Below, piece after piece: positions 29,996-43,168 of a stretch of 64,000 nt of DNA. Numbering within the stretch: the stretch's first letter is position 1; every line of letters starts with the position of its first letter. The notes below the pieces were generated by a model, which ran no database searches, had not been told where the DNA came from, and saw only the letters and a list, made by a program, of their open reading frames with translations. The stretch comes from Blasia pusilla. Taxonomy: Eukaryota. The translations under genes and the position numbers were made by a program. Location: NCBI GenBank assembly GCA_050084515.1, contig CM114271.1, positions 14,012,001 to 14,076,000 of the forward strand. Direction: 5' to 3'.

Positions 29996-31911
29996 CCTAC
30001 AACAAAGCCGCACGCCACTCCCGCAACGAATGTGCACGGTCAATCGTGTCCAAGCGTTCGAAACCAAGCCACCTCTATCCATCCCACAATCACGTAGAAA
30101 GAAACGAATTGGAATCGTAGTGAAGTTGTCACCACAACACTGTCACCGCAACGCAAGAAAGCATATTCAAGGAACCCAAGGACTACGCGCACCCACAAGT
30201 GAAACAAATTGGAATCGTAGGGAAGAAAATGTCACTGCAACACAAGAAAGCACATTCAAGGAACCCAACGACTGAGCGCTCGCAAGTGAACGGAAAGCTA
30301 CGGAAACAACCGGTTTGTTTTCAAATAACAACCGACATTGGAAGGTATGACAGGGGGCAACGACGACGCCAATTTCTTGCGACCAAAATTTTTGGTCGCA
30401 AGAATTCCAATAACCCGTCATAAACCAAGGATGATGACGAAAAGCACGTGACGCCGACCGTTTCAAAAATATGTTGAGCGTAGGATCTCTCTCATCTGCC
30501 GTAACAACTGGGGTCACTGATATAGCTAGCCCCATGGAATCGGGCACTTAAATAAGTGGGACGCCTTTCCAAATCGAGAGGGAAAAGACAAGCCGTATCA
30601 AATAACTATAGGCCCAAAAAGCCGGATATCATAGGAGGTGTGACACCCTCTATAAAGGCATTCTCCAATAATAATATGGATGTTCTCCCCTTCCTTCTTC
30701 AAGTAACCCCCACGTTCGGTTAATAGCATAGATAGATTCCAGTAACTCCCTCTGTCGAACCAATCACATCGCAACTGACAAGATGTCAAGATCCCGGAAG
30801 AGACGCTTATCTAATTTTCGTACCTGCCAACTGCGAATATTCAGGATTCCCTGGAGGCAACGGGTTCCTGCTCTCCGACTCTCCATGGTCACTTGGGAGA
30901 GGTCTTCGAGAGAATTCTGCGCTCGAGCGCTGATCCGCATCCGGTGTATATTTGGTATCTGCTGGTCATTGAGGGAGCAGGCATTATCCAGTTATGTGTA
31001 CAGGAGCGGGACATCACTGGTGGGACTTGGGGAGATTCGGTTACCATCTTTCGAAATGCTCTTGTTCGGTTTTCCGGGCCTGGGGAAACTGGGGTGAATA
31101 GATTGGAATGGAGGCAGATGGATGGTGAGTGAACTTTGGAGAATTGGAGGTGGAGAGGTTGGTTGGGGACGAGGGTTGGGGTTTGTGTGTTCGGAGGGAA
31201 TCTGCCGGTGGAATCGAGCATTGTGAGAGAGCGCAATAGGTGTAGGCGCGCGAACAGGGGAGATTGGATGGTTGTGAAGTGGAGCTCATGGGTATTTTTT
31301 AGTCTTGTTGTGCTGGGGTTGGGTTTTTGTTCCATAGGTCTGATCTGGTGGTTGTTGAAGGCGATCAAGAGTGGCGTATTCTGTGTCCGAGTGATCGTCA
31401 CTGCACCTCAGCGATGGAATTTCAATCCTCTCTGGTCTATGAGATAGTCGCTGTTCATAATCTAATTTCTCAAAGTTTTGTTTAGCGCCGTATAAATTTC
31501 TAAAACATCTGACTCTCTCTTCATCTATCCATAACTTATTCCAGGATTTACACTTCTCTCGAGCGAGTGGTCCCAAACTCTCAAGGAAGTCGGAGGGACA
31601 TGAGTGATTGTTTTGTGATTCACCCGAATCGTGACGGAGATTTTTGAATTCTATTGAGGCGAAGTTGGTGAGACAAGCCCTGAAGTTTCTGGCGCGAATT
31701 ACGGCTGGCGAGTAGCACAGGAGGAATTCTTGGACTGGATGGAAATGCCATTTCGATCCTTCTCAATCCCCGGCGACCTGGAGACGAAGCAGGAGCGTAT
31801 ACCATGACTCTTGTCCACGAGCCAGGTTAATTGGAGTTCCGGAAAAACTCTGTTTGTAGGGCGTGAATTTGCACTTTCCTCGGAGGCAACAAGTTGTCCA
31901 ATACACTGACG

Positions 31912-34900
31912 ATGAGGTTAGCTGGAGCGAACGTTTTGGTGGTGCCACCATTTGAATGCGCCTGGCTGATAGGAGACGACTGGCGGTTCGCTGAGGCAGG
32001 AAGAGGGTGCGTGGCATTTGAAGCCATGACGGAAAATGATGTGACTGTGGTCTTCAAAGAGCAAGCCGGTTCTAAGCATTACCGCACGGACTCCGGCCCT
32101 TCATATACAGTGGTCTTGGGTAGCCATCGTAATCGGTATGTTATATTGTAGAGCTGTTGCCATGCTCTCCTAATGCTGCGCGAGCAATCACTCCTAATGC
32201 TGCGCGAGAAGTTGGAAATCACTTTCTCGTCTCGTTTGGACCCCATCTTACTATCGCTAACGATCTAAGAATCAAACTCAGACAGATGTACGATCAGTCA
32301 CAAATTTTTTGAATGGTGAAGCGAAGCTCATGCTGTTATACATTAGCGTAATAGAGCTCTTAGATGAGACAACTTTTGTTTTGAGAAAATTAGGATCTGG
32401 TGAATCGGTTCCTTCTCAAGTTTGATTCTTGAGCTGACTAAGAATGTAAAAATGTAAGAAACCCTGGGAGAATGGCTCATAGTCATGGAAGAAAACAAAA
32501 ATTCACTCGTGGACTATCTGATAAATCGGCTTCTCGTTGAAGTCATATCCTCGAGCTAGTAAGAAAACTCATGTGGAGCAAGGAGGAGTTGCATACCTGG
32601 GGTGGGGGTTAAGGAAACTGAGAAGCGGACCATGAACTATCTGGAAATTTGGTTGCTTCTTGAGCCAGATTCTTGAGACAACTGAGAATGCAAACAAGTA
32701 AGATTGACCTTTTCGAAAGATTCTTAATCACTCATGGATGAAACACATGTCATGGCTTCACCAACTAAGCGATGGATTGTAGACTCTCTGAGAAATTGCC
32801 TTGTTTACGAGTCATATTCTTGATTTGTAAAGAGTTGAAGGAACTAAGATGGAAACATCAAAGGTTTGCTCCAACGGTTGAGGAACCATTAGAAAGTAGT
32901 ACAAACAAGCTCCTGATGTTGTGCTAGCAGAAACGTACAGTCATAGAGTATGAAGTCCGTCCAACTTTCAGTGCCCAGATAGTGGTCCTTTTTTCTCTTA
33001 TCAGCTGGTTGTTTCCCGACAATATGTGAGATTCCTGATTAAGTTCTGGCTGTCCCTTAAGAGGTGAGAGGAAAGAAAAGCGTAGCATTGGTGGCACAAC
33101 TTAGTATATCGATGGGAACCACTGTATGCAATCCAAGTAGAGAACAAAGTTGACATTGGACCATGCCTGTCTTGCTTCATGAATACAAATGTTGTAATGG
33201 ATGTGCCTTGCTTGAAGGACCAGTGACATTATAAGACCTCTGACAGCAATGTTTGAAAGATGGAATGCTATTTGTAGCCTTAGATAAAGAAGCCATGTGG
33301 GACTTGTTTTCTTGGAATGAAAAGCTGAAGAAAATACAAGTTATCTTTCTCTGGATGAAATACCTTGGAAAGGTGGGTGATTGATGTGCTTGTAATGTGC
33401 ACTTCCTTTACTGCGAAACTGTGACAACTTAAGCATGTCATAAATAGGCATGGTTTGACATCAATGCCCATGCATGGAACTTCAAAACTGTCCACTCCCA
33501 GGTTGTTGTATTTGCCACCACAGTAGCAGTACATTTTGGTAATTTTCTGGTAAGATTCATTGATGTTGCTAAAAGCAGGTCTGTAGTTCTGACTCATCAT
33601 TTGGATTGTTGAATTTTGTCTGGTTGTCAGTGATTTATAGGTTACCATACTGAAACTGGAATTTTCATCCCTGGTTGTTGTTATAGTGAACAAAGAACTA
33701 CACGCAACTTCTCTCATCCAGAGAATTCTGATGTATTGTAAATACAATTTCTCGTTAGAAGCTTAGTACTCTAAAAATCTCGGTTCTTAGGTCACAGCAT
33801 CTAAAAGCAGAACATTTTATGGCTGTAATCGTGCAGGCGGTTTAAGATAGAGGTGGATGGTCAGACGGTAGTGGATGTGCCAAGGGTGGTGCTCCAACCT
33901 ACTCACTTTGGGCGATACTGGATCAATCTGTATGATGGGGTTTTGAGTGTTGGGAAGGGTGATCCTGGAAAGGGGATTTTTTATCAGTGGGTGGACTCCA
34001 AACCTAACAGTAAGATTCAGTTTGTTGGGTTAAGTAGCTGGGACAAACATGTAGGTTATCGCAACATCCAAGTGTTGCCAGCTTTGCAACCTGCAACATC
34101 GGATTTGGTTGATGATTCTGGAGGATTGGGGCGTTACTTGGAAAGTGAGGAGCTCTCAGACTTGCATATTGTGGTCGGACATGAGCAAAGGGTTGTACCC
34201 ACTCATTGGATTCTCCTTCATCTTTGCTGTGGAAAGCTCGCCGACCTGTGTACTGGACCTGGAGAAGTCATCCTTCTGCCTCATGTCCAATATTCTGTTC
34301 TGTTTGAAATGCTTCAATATGTGTACACAGGACGTACCCAGGTTTGTACTGTTCAATCATTTGACCGTTGGTAGGGCCTAGTATTATGTAGCTGCAGACA
34401 AGGTCCAAATATGGCACCTCCAACTGAGTTTTTCCTTTGCTTACCCATCTTTTGGGGAGATGCCTTATATTGGACAGTGCATGACATGCAACAGCAAGAG
34501 TCCTCCGAAGTATGACGATGTCTCCTGTTAAGTTGTCATAGATGTTCGTCAAGGAGGTGAAGCAAGTGAAAGCACTAGCAGAGGAGTTCGGCCTTCAGGT
34601 GTTGGCCTCACAGTGTGAAGAAATGGAGTTAGAATTGGCAATCGATTCTCATGAGCCTGTGAAGACTACCGGTGCAGCTGAAAGGTTTGATGTGGTGTTC
34701 AAGTCATTGGAGAAACCAGAAAAGCAAGTGGGCTTTCTAGCATATTTGCCGATTGATATGGATAAGTTGGGTCAGCTGCTGGACAGTGGTAACTACAGTG
34801 ACGTGGAGCTATCTGTGGATGGCAAGTTTGTGTCGGCCCACAGGCTTATTCTGAGTGCTTGGAGCAATCCATTTGCAAAGGTAGTACTGTGGTTTGATTT

Positions 34901-37900
34901 GAAGAAAATTAACCTTGTAAGTTTGAACTAATTTCAATAAGATCAATCCTTGGTGGAATAATTTAGCGTGCGGTGCAATTGTGATGCATTTATTGCCTGT
35001 GGTGCAGATGTTCACAAATGGAATGCGTGAAAGTAAGAGGGATAATGTTTTGATCAGGGATATAACTCTGGAGCCCTTCGTGACCATGATCAACTTCATG
35101 TATAAGGGCAGTCTTGAGCTTGGCAGTGAGGAAGAATCGGGGTCTCTCTTGCTGTCTGTCCTGATCCTTGCTGACCGTTTTGGGATTCAGTTACTTCATA
35201 ATATGTGTAACGACATCATCCTCGAGTGTCTGTGTGAAGTATGGACGCAGCACATATTTCTGCCGATGAAACTTGAACTTTGTTAGTTTTTTGAAGTTCT
35301 ATTTTAGTAATGCATAATAATATAGTTGTTGGTAAAGTACTTCTTAGAGATCTTGTAGATGATACATACTGATTTTTTGGGTTTAGATTGGGTAGTTGTG
35401 ATGATTTAAAAAATGTCTCTGGCTTAAAGAGCCCTTCTCATGCTTTGTAGGACTCCGTGAAGCTGTTAGATGTCTTGTGATCTCAAGAGTTCAGTCTGTG
35501 CATCTTACTAAGGAATCTGACAAGTTCTTGTAATCTCATTGCAGGACTCTGCTTGTGCTGTGTTGCTTGTGGCAGCATCCACTCCTAATTGCCAGGTCCT
35601 CTGTGACAAATGTGAGGAGCTGTGTGCAAAGCACCTTGATTTCTGTATGGCCTTTCATGCCGCTGAATTTCGACAGCTGGAAGCATCATGTTTGAAAAGA
35701 ATTCTGCAGGTTTGAACTAGCAACTGTGCACCATATTTACTTTTATTTTTCCCTTGGCTGCATGATTTGGGCGTATCCAGTATGCACAACGCATACAATG
35801 ATATTGCTGGTCCTTCGACCTACCTTGTAATACTTGGTTGGTTTGAGAGAACTTACTAATCAATTTGTAAAGTGATCTAAATGGTTGAATTCAGTTTTCT
35901 GTGTCTGCTATGAACTCGCAGCATCCAGAGTTGAGTGTAACCTCTGAAGAGAAGATGCTAGATGCAACTTTAATGTGGGCTGCCAATAAGGATGAAATAT
36001 GTGGGTGGGAAGATTGTACCGCATATCTGGATCATTGCTCTGAAGAGATGCTGTTTTCTCAACGATTGGAAGATTTGAGGACCTTTCTTCCATTCATTCG
36101 GTTTCCATTTATGTCTCGTCCTCTCCTAGAGCGGGTGAGTTAATCGAGCTATGCTTCCTCAGTTGTCAGCATTTGCTACACTCAGTAATTTGTTTTATTT
36201 CGTCATGTTTTGTATTTGAATGTGTGAGGTGTTGTTCTTGGTTTTTTTGTTGTTGCTATTTTGTTAGTTGTGTTGAGAAAGGAAATCTCACACGTGTATC
36301 AAATTCAACTGCAGCTGAAGGTGTGCAATCTCATCAGACACAATCAAGCATTAAAAGACTTGGTGCGTTGATGCATCTTACTATACCTTTGAGAATCTAT
36401 TGGTCCTCAATTTGTAGGCTCATAAATGCACTTGAAAGTAGACCTTTTAATTCGAATGAATGAAATATATGTGGTATCAAATATCCTCAGAAAGGTAGTT
36501 AGTCCTCCGGAGGATAAATATTTTACACAAGTAATCAGGTTTCTTCAAATGGAAGAGCAGGGTTGCAACCATCCCACTCAGACACTCACTGGATTATGTA
36601 ACCTCAGATGTGAAATGGGAAGATGAAAAAAACTAGTAGGGGTAGTACTCGCTTATGATGAGATGATTTGTAACTGTCCAGGAGAAACATAGTATGTGTA
36701 TGGCAAGAGATGGAAGTCCTGTGATTTTCCTCTGCCTACGGGATTTAATTTTCATTGATTCGACAAAGATTGAGCCCCTGCGATTGGTTAATTCCTCAGT
36801 TCTAGAGATTTCAAAAGCCTGAGAAAAGTTTGATTTGGGAGTCTTTGAGAAAATGATTGACCAGCAGAAGTATCTCCTTGTACAAAGTCAGAGCTAGCAT
36901 CAGCTAGACCATCCATTATTTCAGCTTGTACACAATCAGCAAATCAGTTCCTATCTCTATTGCCAAATCAGAGCCCTACCATGATGTGACTCTTCTTACT
37001 ATCTAAGAGATACTAAGAAGGATTCTACACAGCCACACCTTGCACTCACACTACAGGTCCTCACATGTCACCAGCTCAGAGATCAGACATGGCTCACCAT
37101 TGAGCACAAACAATCTCCATCAGCATACTAGACAAAACAACCTGCCTTCCAGTGAGGCTCTAGCAAGCACAGCAATTAGTCTCAATCTCCTCTTCCTACT
37201 CTCTGATCACTCTGCAGCAGGACCAAGAGCCTCAGGAGTCCTCACCAAAACTGTGCATGCTGTAGAATTGGCTTCTGCTCTCTAAACAGAGACATTATAT
37301 ACATGAGGGTGAGCACTTCTGGCCCTTAGATCTTCTTGAACAGATCCATACCCTAAATAACAGATGGTGGCTAACCCTAACTCGAGAATTGCCCTAATTC
37401 AAGGTTACCCTAAAAAGATAGAGGAACACTAAGTTATCTCTAGCTAACTAAATTAGTATCCAATTAAGTTAGTATCTGACTAACTACTTTTAGGGCATGA
37501 CTAAACTAGATATTAACAAATTTCAACAGTCTTCATGGTGTAGATAAGATTAGTATTTCTTTGCTGAATGATTTTCTTGGTGCTTACTGTAGGTTGCTGT
37601 TGTACAATCTGTCCTGTCCTAGTGTTGTCTTTGCCTTGGCATGTGATTCTGTGATATGAAAATTTATTCCAGTATATTATTCCTTCGACTGTATTACGAT
37701 TCATGTGTGTAAGAATCTAGGAAGCTTTAATGTGTTGGAAAATGATGTGCAGGTTCTGGAGGCACTGGATTTCCTGGGACAGAATAAGCATACTCCTGTA
37801 TCTCAGAGGCAAAAATCTCCCCCCATATGAAAGTGCCATTTCATTTAGCCTTAGGTTTGATCAACTAACTGGATGTGAAGATGATTATTTATTTTTCTTA

Positions 37901-39618
37901 TATTACACTATGTTAGAAAAGCTGTGTCACCCTCATGTTTGGGAATGTGGATCTTGCAGCAATGTGTGGTGGCACTCCAGGCTTGTGAGATTCCCCAAAA
38001 GCAGCATGAGATTTACTCCTAGGATCTCAGCATACAAAGAATTGCAATACATATGTGATGGAGATCAGAATGGAGTATTCCATCACATTGGCACATCATA
38101 TGGGCTTCATCAATGGATGAATCCTGTTCTGCTAAAGGTGTGATTGACAAAGTTTCCAGGGGCAGTTGTGTTCTGAGCTCTTGCAACATCGTGGTTGATA
38201 CCACCTATGGGTCTAGTTGTCATGGCCTGTTCCCAGTGTGAACCAGCTAGTGTTTCTCAGGATCTTGAATAACTTTCAAACTGAGTGCCAAATTTGAGAG
38301 GTGACAGTTAGGCCCTTTGAGGATTCCATCATAGATGAAACACAGCCTGATGCCAGTCCAAAGCATGTCCTCAGACTATGACTAACATTGTGATGCAACG
38401 GCAATGTCTCATTTCCAGAGAATGTCTGTGAGTGCGAGCAGTCCACCTTCCCGGTTCACAGATGCAAAAACGCTCGTGTCACACAATTTTCAGGTTTGTT
38501 CTTGGTGAGAAAGGAAAAAGTTTTGTGTGAGGTTTTGAATATATATTTCACACTGGTAGTGTACACACTCAGATTCAGTCGTTTTTTTGTGTATTTTGGG
38601 TATGGTTATCCTTAGATGTTGCCTCGTGTCTATAGGGTACATCTTTTGCAGGACCTTGTGTGGAAGGTGGTGCTCTATGTTCCTGGTGGAAAGTGGATCT
38701 CGGGGAGGATCACCAGGTCTGAGAATTCATACAAGCTGTAGCATCTTTTGTGATTACATAGTTTTCTAAATCCTAAAAAAAAAAAAGGGTTGTTGAGTCT
38801 TAGGCAAGTTGTAGATGTGCTGAATTGAAATACGATGCCAGAGATTGTGTTGCATGTTATTTGAACCTAGGGTTGTTCCATAGAAGTGAAGAGGGTATGG
38901 TTGGTTTTGTTAAGAGCCAAGTGGTGGGAATAGGAGAAGTTTCTCTGAGTCTAGTTTGCATCTCATTCTATACATGAATGAGATGATTGACGATGGTACC
39001 TTGATTTGAAGCTGATGTACTTTCTTTCATATGTAGCTGATGTGCAACTACTATACAATTCGTCAGGATGGCTCTGACAACTTCATGCGATCATGGAGCT
39101 TTCAGGTCTAGTGTTGTTCACCGTGCAGGACTCTCTAGCTATGTGCTTTCCCTGAGGTTGAAATGTCTTGCATGGTGTCCTGTCCCTTTTGCTGATCACT
39201 TTGTCGCAAAACTTTGATCACTATGTATACATTCATAAGCTCTCATAGATTTTGCTCCAGGTTGTTGCTTTATTTGCCTCCAAATCAATGAACTATCAAA
39301 TCTAAGTCACCGAATGCTTGAAAAGTTTGAAGGGCTTCACAATTTACTTTGATCTTTTGTGTTATTAATGAGAACTCATTAAGATCATGTTATTTGCAGG
39401 GCTCCACTGAAGGAAAGAACTGGGTAGAGCTCTCCTCCCATGAAAACGAGCAGACAATTTGTCAACCGGGCCAGTATGCATCATGGCCATTGAGTGGAGC
39501 CAGTGCAAACTTGCCCTTCCGTTTCTTCCGGATTGTTTTGACTGGGCCAACGGCCAGTCAGTCAAACCGGTGGAACTTCTCCATATGCTATTTGGAGTTG
39601 TATGGATACTTCCAGTAG
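31912..39618 (+). CDS. BTB/POZ domain protein, At2g30600-like (N-terminal farnesoic-acid-O-methyltransferase-like domain, 2x BTB, BACK, C-terminal discoidin/F5-8 domain); ~13 exons
   Basis: Exons 31912-32135 (VPPFECAW...EAGRGCVAFEA...NDVTVVF), 33837-34341, 34542-34880, 35008-35238 (MFTNGMRES), 35545-35709, 35922-36134, 36315-36362, 37753-~37808 (end uncertain), 37960-38137 (KELQYICDGDQNGV), 38419-38493, 38636-38716, 39037-39105, 39400-39618 (ICYLELYGYFQ*). Confidence 0.9.
36985..37518. repeat. Possible Copia-type solo LTR in a BTB gene intron
   Basis: Ends ...CTAGATATTAACA and has an LTR-like layout (TATATA box, CTAACCCTA, CTGACTAAC) similar to the Copia LTRs at 58195 and 63155. No TSD found and the left boundary is uncertain. 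Confidence 0.35.
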
Positions 39619-41489
39619 AATCCTGTTAGTAAAGTTCTCTGTCTCATACATTAAGGTCTCACACTTTGCTTTTGCCAAGGTGAGATCAGTGTTCTGTGTT
39701 TCAGTCCTTTTGTGGATCACCAGATCAGCTGGGGATCTATTTTATAGCCAGTCAATACTATGAACCAAAGCTGAGTGTAACGGAGAAGATGACCACCCCG
39801 AGAGCATTAGGAACTAGAAAAGTTAGCAATGGTCTTTTGACCATGGTTAGATAGTTTAATAAAATTGGCAGGCACTAAAGAAAAGTGTGTTCTGTGTTTC
39901 AGTAGTAGGTAGAAAAGCTTGGGAGTGGATAATCAGGCCTGGCCCATTGATTTGGGAAATGTAAATCAAGTGTCCTTGTCTATCTCCTTGTAAAGATGGT
40001 TTCTTATATACTTGTTCAGGCAAAGAAATGGGTTTTTGGGCAAGTATTAACATACTGAAAACAACTTTAGGAGGAACTGGGGTATCTACCTCCAGGAAAT
40101 CATATCTATCGGACCTAATAAATCACCTAATTAAAGAATGTGTGTCAAGGGATGCGATCCAACGTTGAATCAGTGACTAAAAATTATACCACTAATAATA
40201 AATAGACCCCATATGAGACCAATATGAGAGTCATCATATGTGTACCTACCACTCTCCAAGCTTATCTTCTCATCGCCGTTTGACTTGCATGTGTGAAGCA
40301 TGGAGTCCATGGGACATTTGCTCTTGGTCTTTTGAACAATGTAGTGGACAGATTGAGACACGGAAATGATGGGAATCTGAAGAGAAGTGAATGTTTTGTT
40401 GAAGATATTGATCTATCTAACATGACATGAGATACTAATTTTAATTCAATCTTATATAATCCACCAACGACAAGGTATGTCGATGAGAGATACTAATATT
40501 GATCCGATCTCATATAATCCACCAAAGCCAATGTATGTATTGATTTTGTTGTTTCACAAAGATAGCCAACCTGACCACATGATATTATGGATAGACCCTC
40601 TTGATATTGAACATATTAGATAAAAAATCTGCACTTATGTACCTGCAGTTGAGGGTCCAAATTCATGTTCAATACCTTTAGAGACTCGCCGTAGACCGTC
40701 CAATGTACTCCTAGACTTGGTGCTACATAAGCATCTTCATGAGTGCAAGGAAGGGATCCACACTATCAAGCATAAGTCCCAAAAGCCATATCACCAACGT
40801 GGTTTCCCTACTAATATCAATATTAACTCTCAACCATTCATTCATCCTGTTACAATGAAATGGAATTTGTTTCCCTGCTAAGGACAACATTAACACTCAA
40901 TCAATCATTCATCTTGTCACAATGGAATGGAAGTATTATAAACCAACCTTCACTAGAATGCCACATCGTGAATCCTTATCATCATCGTTTGCTGCTTTTG
41001 AGAAATGCGCACATGAATTGTCACATAATTACAAACATATCTACTTGCTCAAGTATGCCTTGAATATTATATGAGGAAGTGTCAAGAGACTTTGGAGCTC
41101 CACAAATAGACAGCGAGCGTTGCAGCCGAGATGATTACCGTGTGGGTGAAGATGGGAAACTACTGCTCCCACATGCCGAGATAACAACTGTGCATTCACT
41201 GGAGCACTCATGGCACTTGGCTTTTAAAAGAATGGAACCGTACGGACATAAAATAACCCTGATTTTATACAAGGAGTGAAGGGTACTAGGATGAGCAGCA
41301 AGACGAAAAGAGGAACAATAACTACGATTCATTTCTAAAACGGAAAAAATTGCCTAGTGACTTGAATGCGATATCCGTTTGCGAGAGCACGAGGATCAAG
41401 ACTTGGCAAACATTATGCATACATGGAGACTTTGCCACGTTTCTTTGGCACAATGTTGGTGACCAAAGAATATGTTGGTGGAAGATCTA

Positions 41490-43168
41490 GGGAGAGATGG
41501 CTTTCCCAAGCCATCTTTCTCTTGGTGAGCCTTAGGAACACATCTCTTGCTTTGTGTATAGCAGGAACTGGGGTGCTAGCATCTAGATTCCTTCATAGCA
41601 GAGGGTTAATGTGCCTTAATATGCCGATGTAGCTTCGAGAGTGGAGTTGGCCATGTGAGACATTTTTACTCTAATTTTAGAATTGTCACATTTGGAGGGA
41701 GCTACTAGGGCGTGAGGCACCGCGCGCCTCACGCTCGTAGGGTGGTGGCTGCAGTAGGTCAAGTGATGGATGTAGTTAGGCATTGGGTGGAGTAGGAAGT
41801 GAGTAATTGTGGTAGACATGGCTGACCAAGTTTGGAGTTGGTGGACGTGGTAGGGAGTTAACCAAGGAGTGTTTGACATAGTCAGTTCGCAATAGAGTAG
41901 ATGCTATGGTTACAATCTTGGAGAGACATTTTTTCGTCTTTGGCGAGTTTGTGACAACTAGTACTCAACATTTTCACCAAAGGCTATAATTTTCCAGCCT
42001 GTGAGGTTGGTCGGGTGAATTTTCAACTTGCTAGTACTTTGGCAAAGGGTGTTGAGATGGGTTATCCACACGGAAATTTGCGGCGGAGCGCTAGAGATGG
42101 AGATCCATACGCCATTGTTGACGGATAGTCAAAATCCGCATTTGTTGACGGGAAGTTCGATGTGTTGGGCAAGGGGTTTGTTGTGTCATGGAGGTTGCCG
42201 CACCACATATAGCAGTAAGTGTTGAACGTGCAGTAGGGTCATGGCGTGCATGTTCAGGTTATCCATTCGAGTCCTTTCTCCCACACTTGTCTTGTGTCAT
42301 TGAGGGTGTTGGGTAGTGGGTAGAGCTTAGGCTAGATGGGTGTAGTGATGGTGACTAATGGAGACTCTTTGCATGTGTAGCATGTTGGTGGATATAGGGT
42401 GGTTTCTCGAGTAGGGGTTATGTGTATGACTCGAGAGAGTATCAGTAGGTTAGGTGAGCTAGGTTGGGAGGCTCTGGGTGAGCCAAAGTGTTGAGTGTGC
42501 GTGAGGCCGAGTGTATCGTCAGAGGATTAGCATTAGCGTAAGTGAGCTAGTGAGGAGTGTGGGAGACTCTTGGTGAGTCTGAGTGCTTGAGCTTGTGAGA
42601 TAGGGTTGTCATCATGGTGTTCTTCCAGGGTTTGAAAGAACGGGGTAGTTTGGGCGATGCTAGCGGATTTACACGGAGTGTAGTGAGGTTTCGAGTGAGG
42701 AACCACCTTGACTCCTATCCGTAGCTAGATCGTGATCATTGGACATCAGGTCAGCTTACAAGATCTTAGAAGGAGACATTGATACATGAAGGAAGATGGA
42801 TGACATGGGCCAGCTGGGCATGCATCGTTTCTCGGGTGCAACAGACACCATCAACTTAGACGACTTCATCCATCAGTTCACCTTATGGTTTGACTTCTAG
42901 GAGATACAAGCCCTTACGTGGTTCAACCCGGTCTATCCACTCGTAGAGATGCCTAGAGGATGTATTGGGCTCTAGGGTATATGTCCACTAGTAGCCATGA
43001 GGCATATGATGGGATAATGAGACGGGAGAGACCTACACCATTAGACCTAGGACTAAATGGAGATGATGGACGTGAGGGTGGTGAGGTGGCAAAGATCTCT
43101 GGTGCCAAAGCACCACCCAGTTTCAGTCCTACATTGGAGTTCCTTTGATAGTTGGTGAGGAGCTACCA
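41490..43168 (+). mobile_element. 5' part (A'-like repeat, leader, decayed gag) of the second split-repeat family; copy D is inserted at its right end
   Basis: 41491-41680 matches A' at 29362-29560 (GGAGAGATGGCTTTC...). The gag-like HRFLGA...LDDFIHQF..WFD and PPSFSPTLEFL parallel family-1 gag. The left boundary is uncertain. Confidence 0.6.

Noticed and set aside
30783-31576. Several overlapping ORFs upstream of the BTB gene
   Set aside because: No recognisable domain or consistent exon chain, so a gene call cannot be supported.
33280-33747. 155-aa minus-strand ORF
   Set aside because: It is antisense within intron 1 of the BTB gene and has no recognisable motif.
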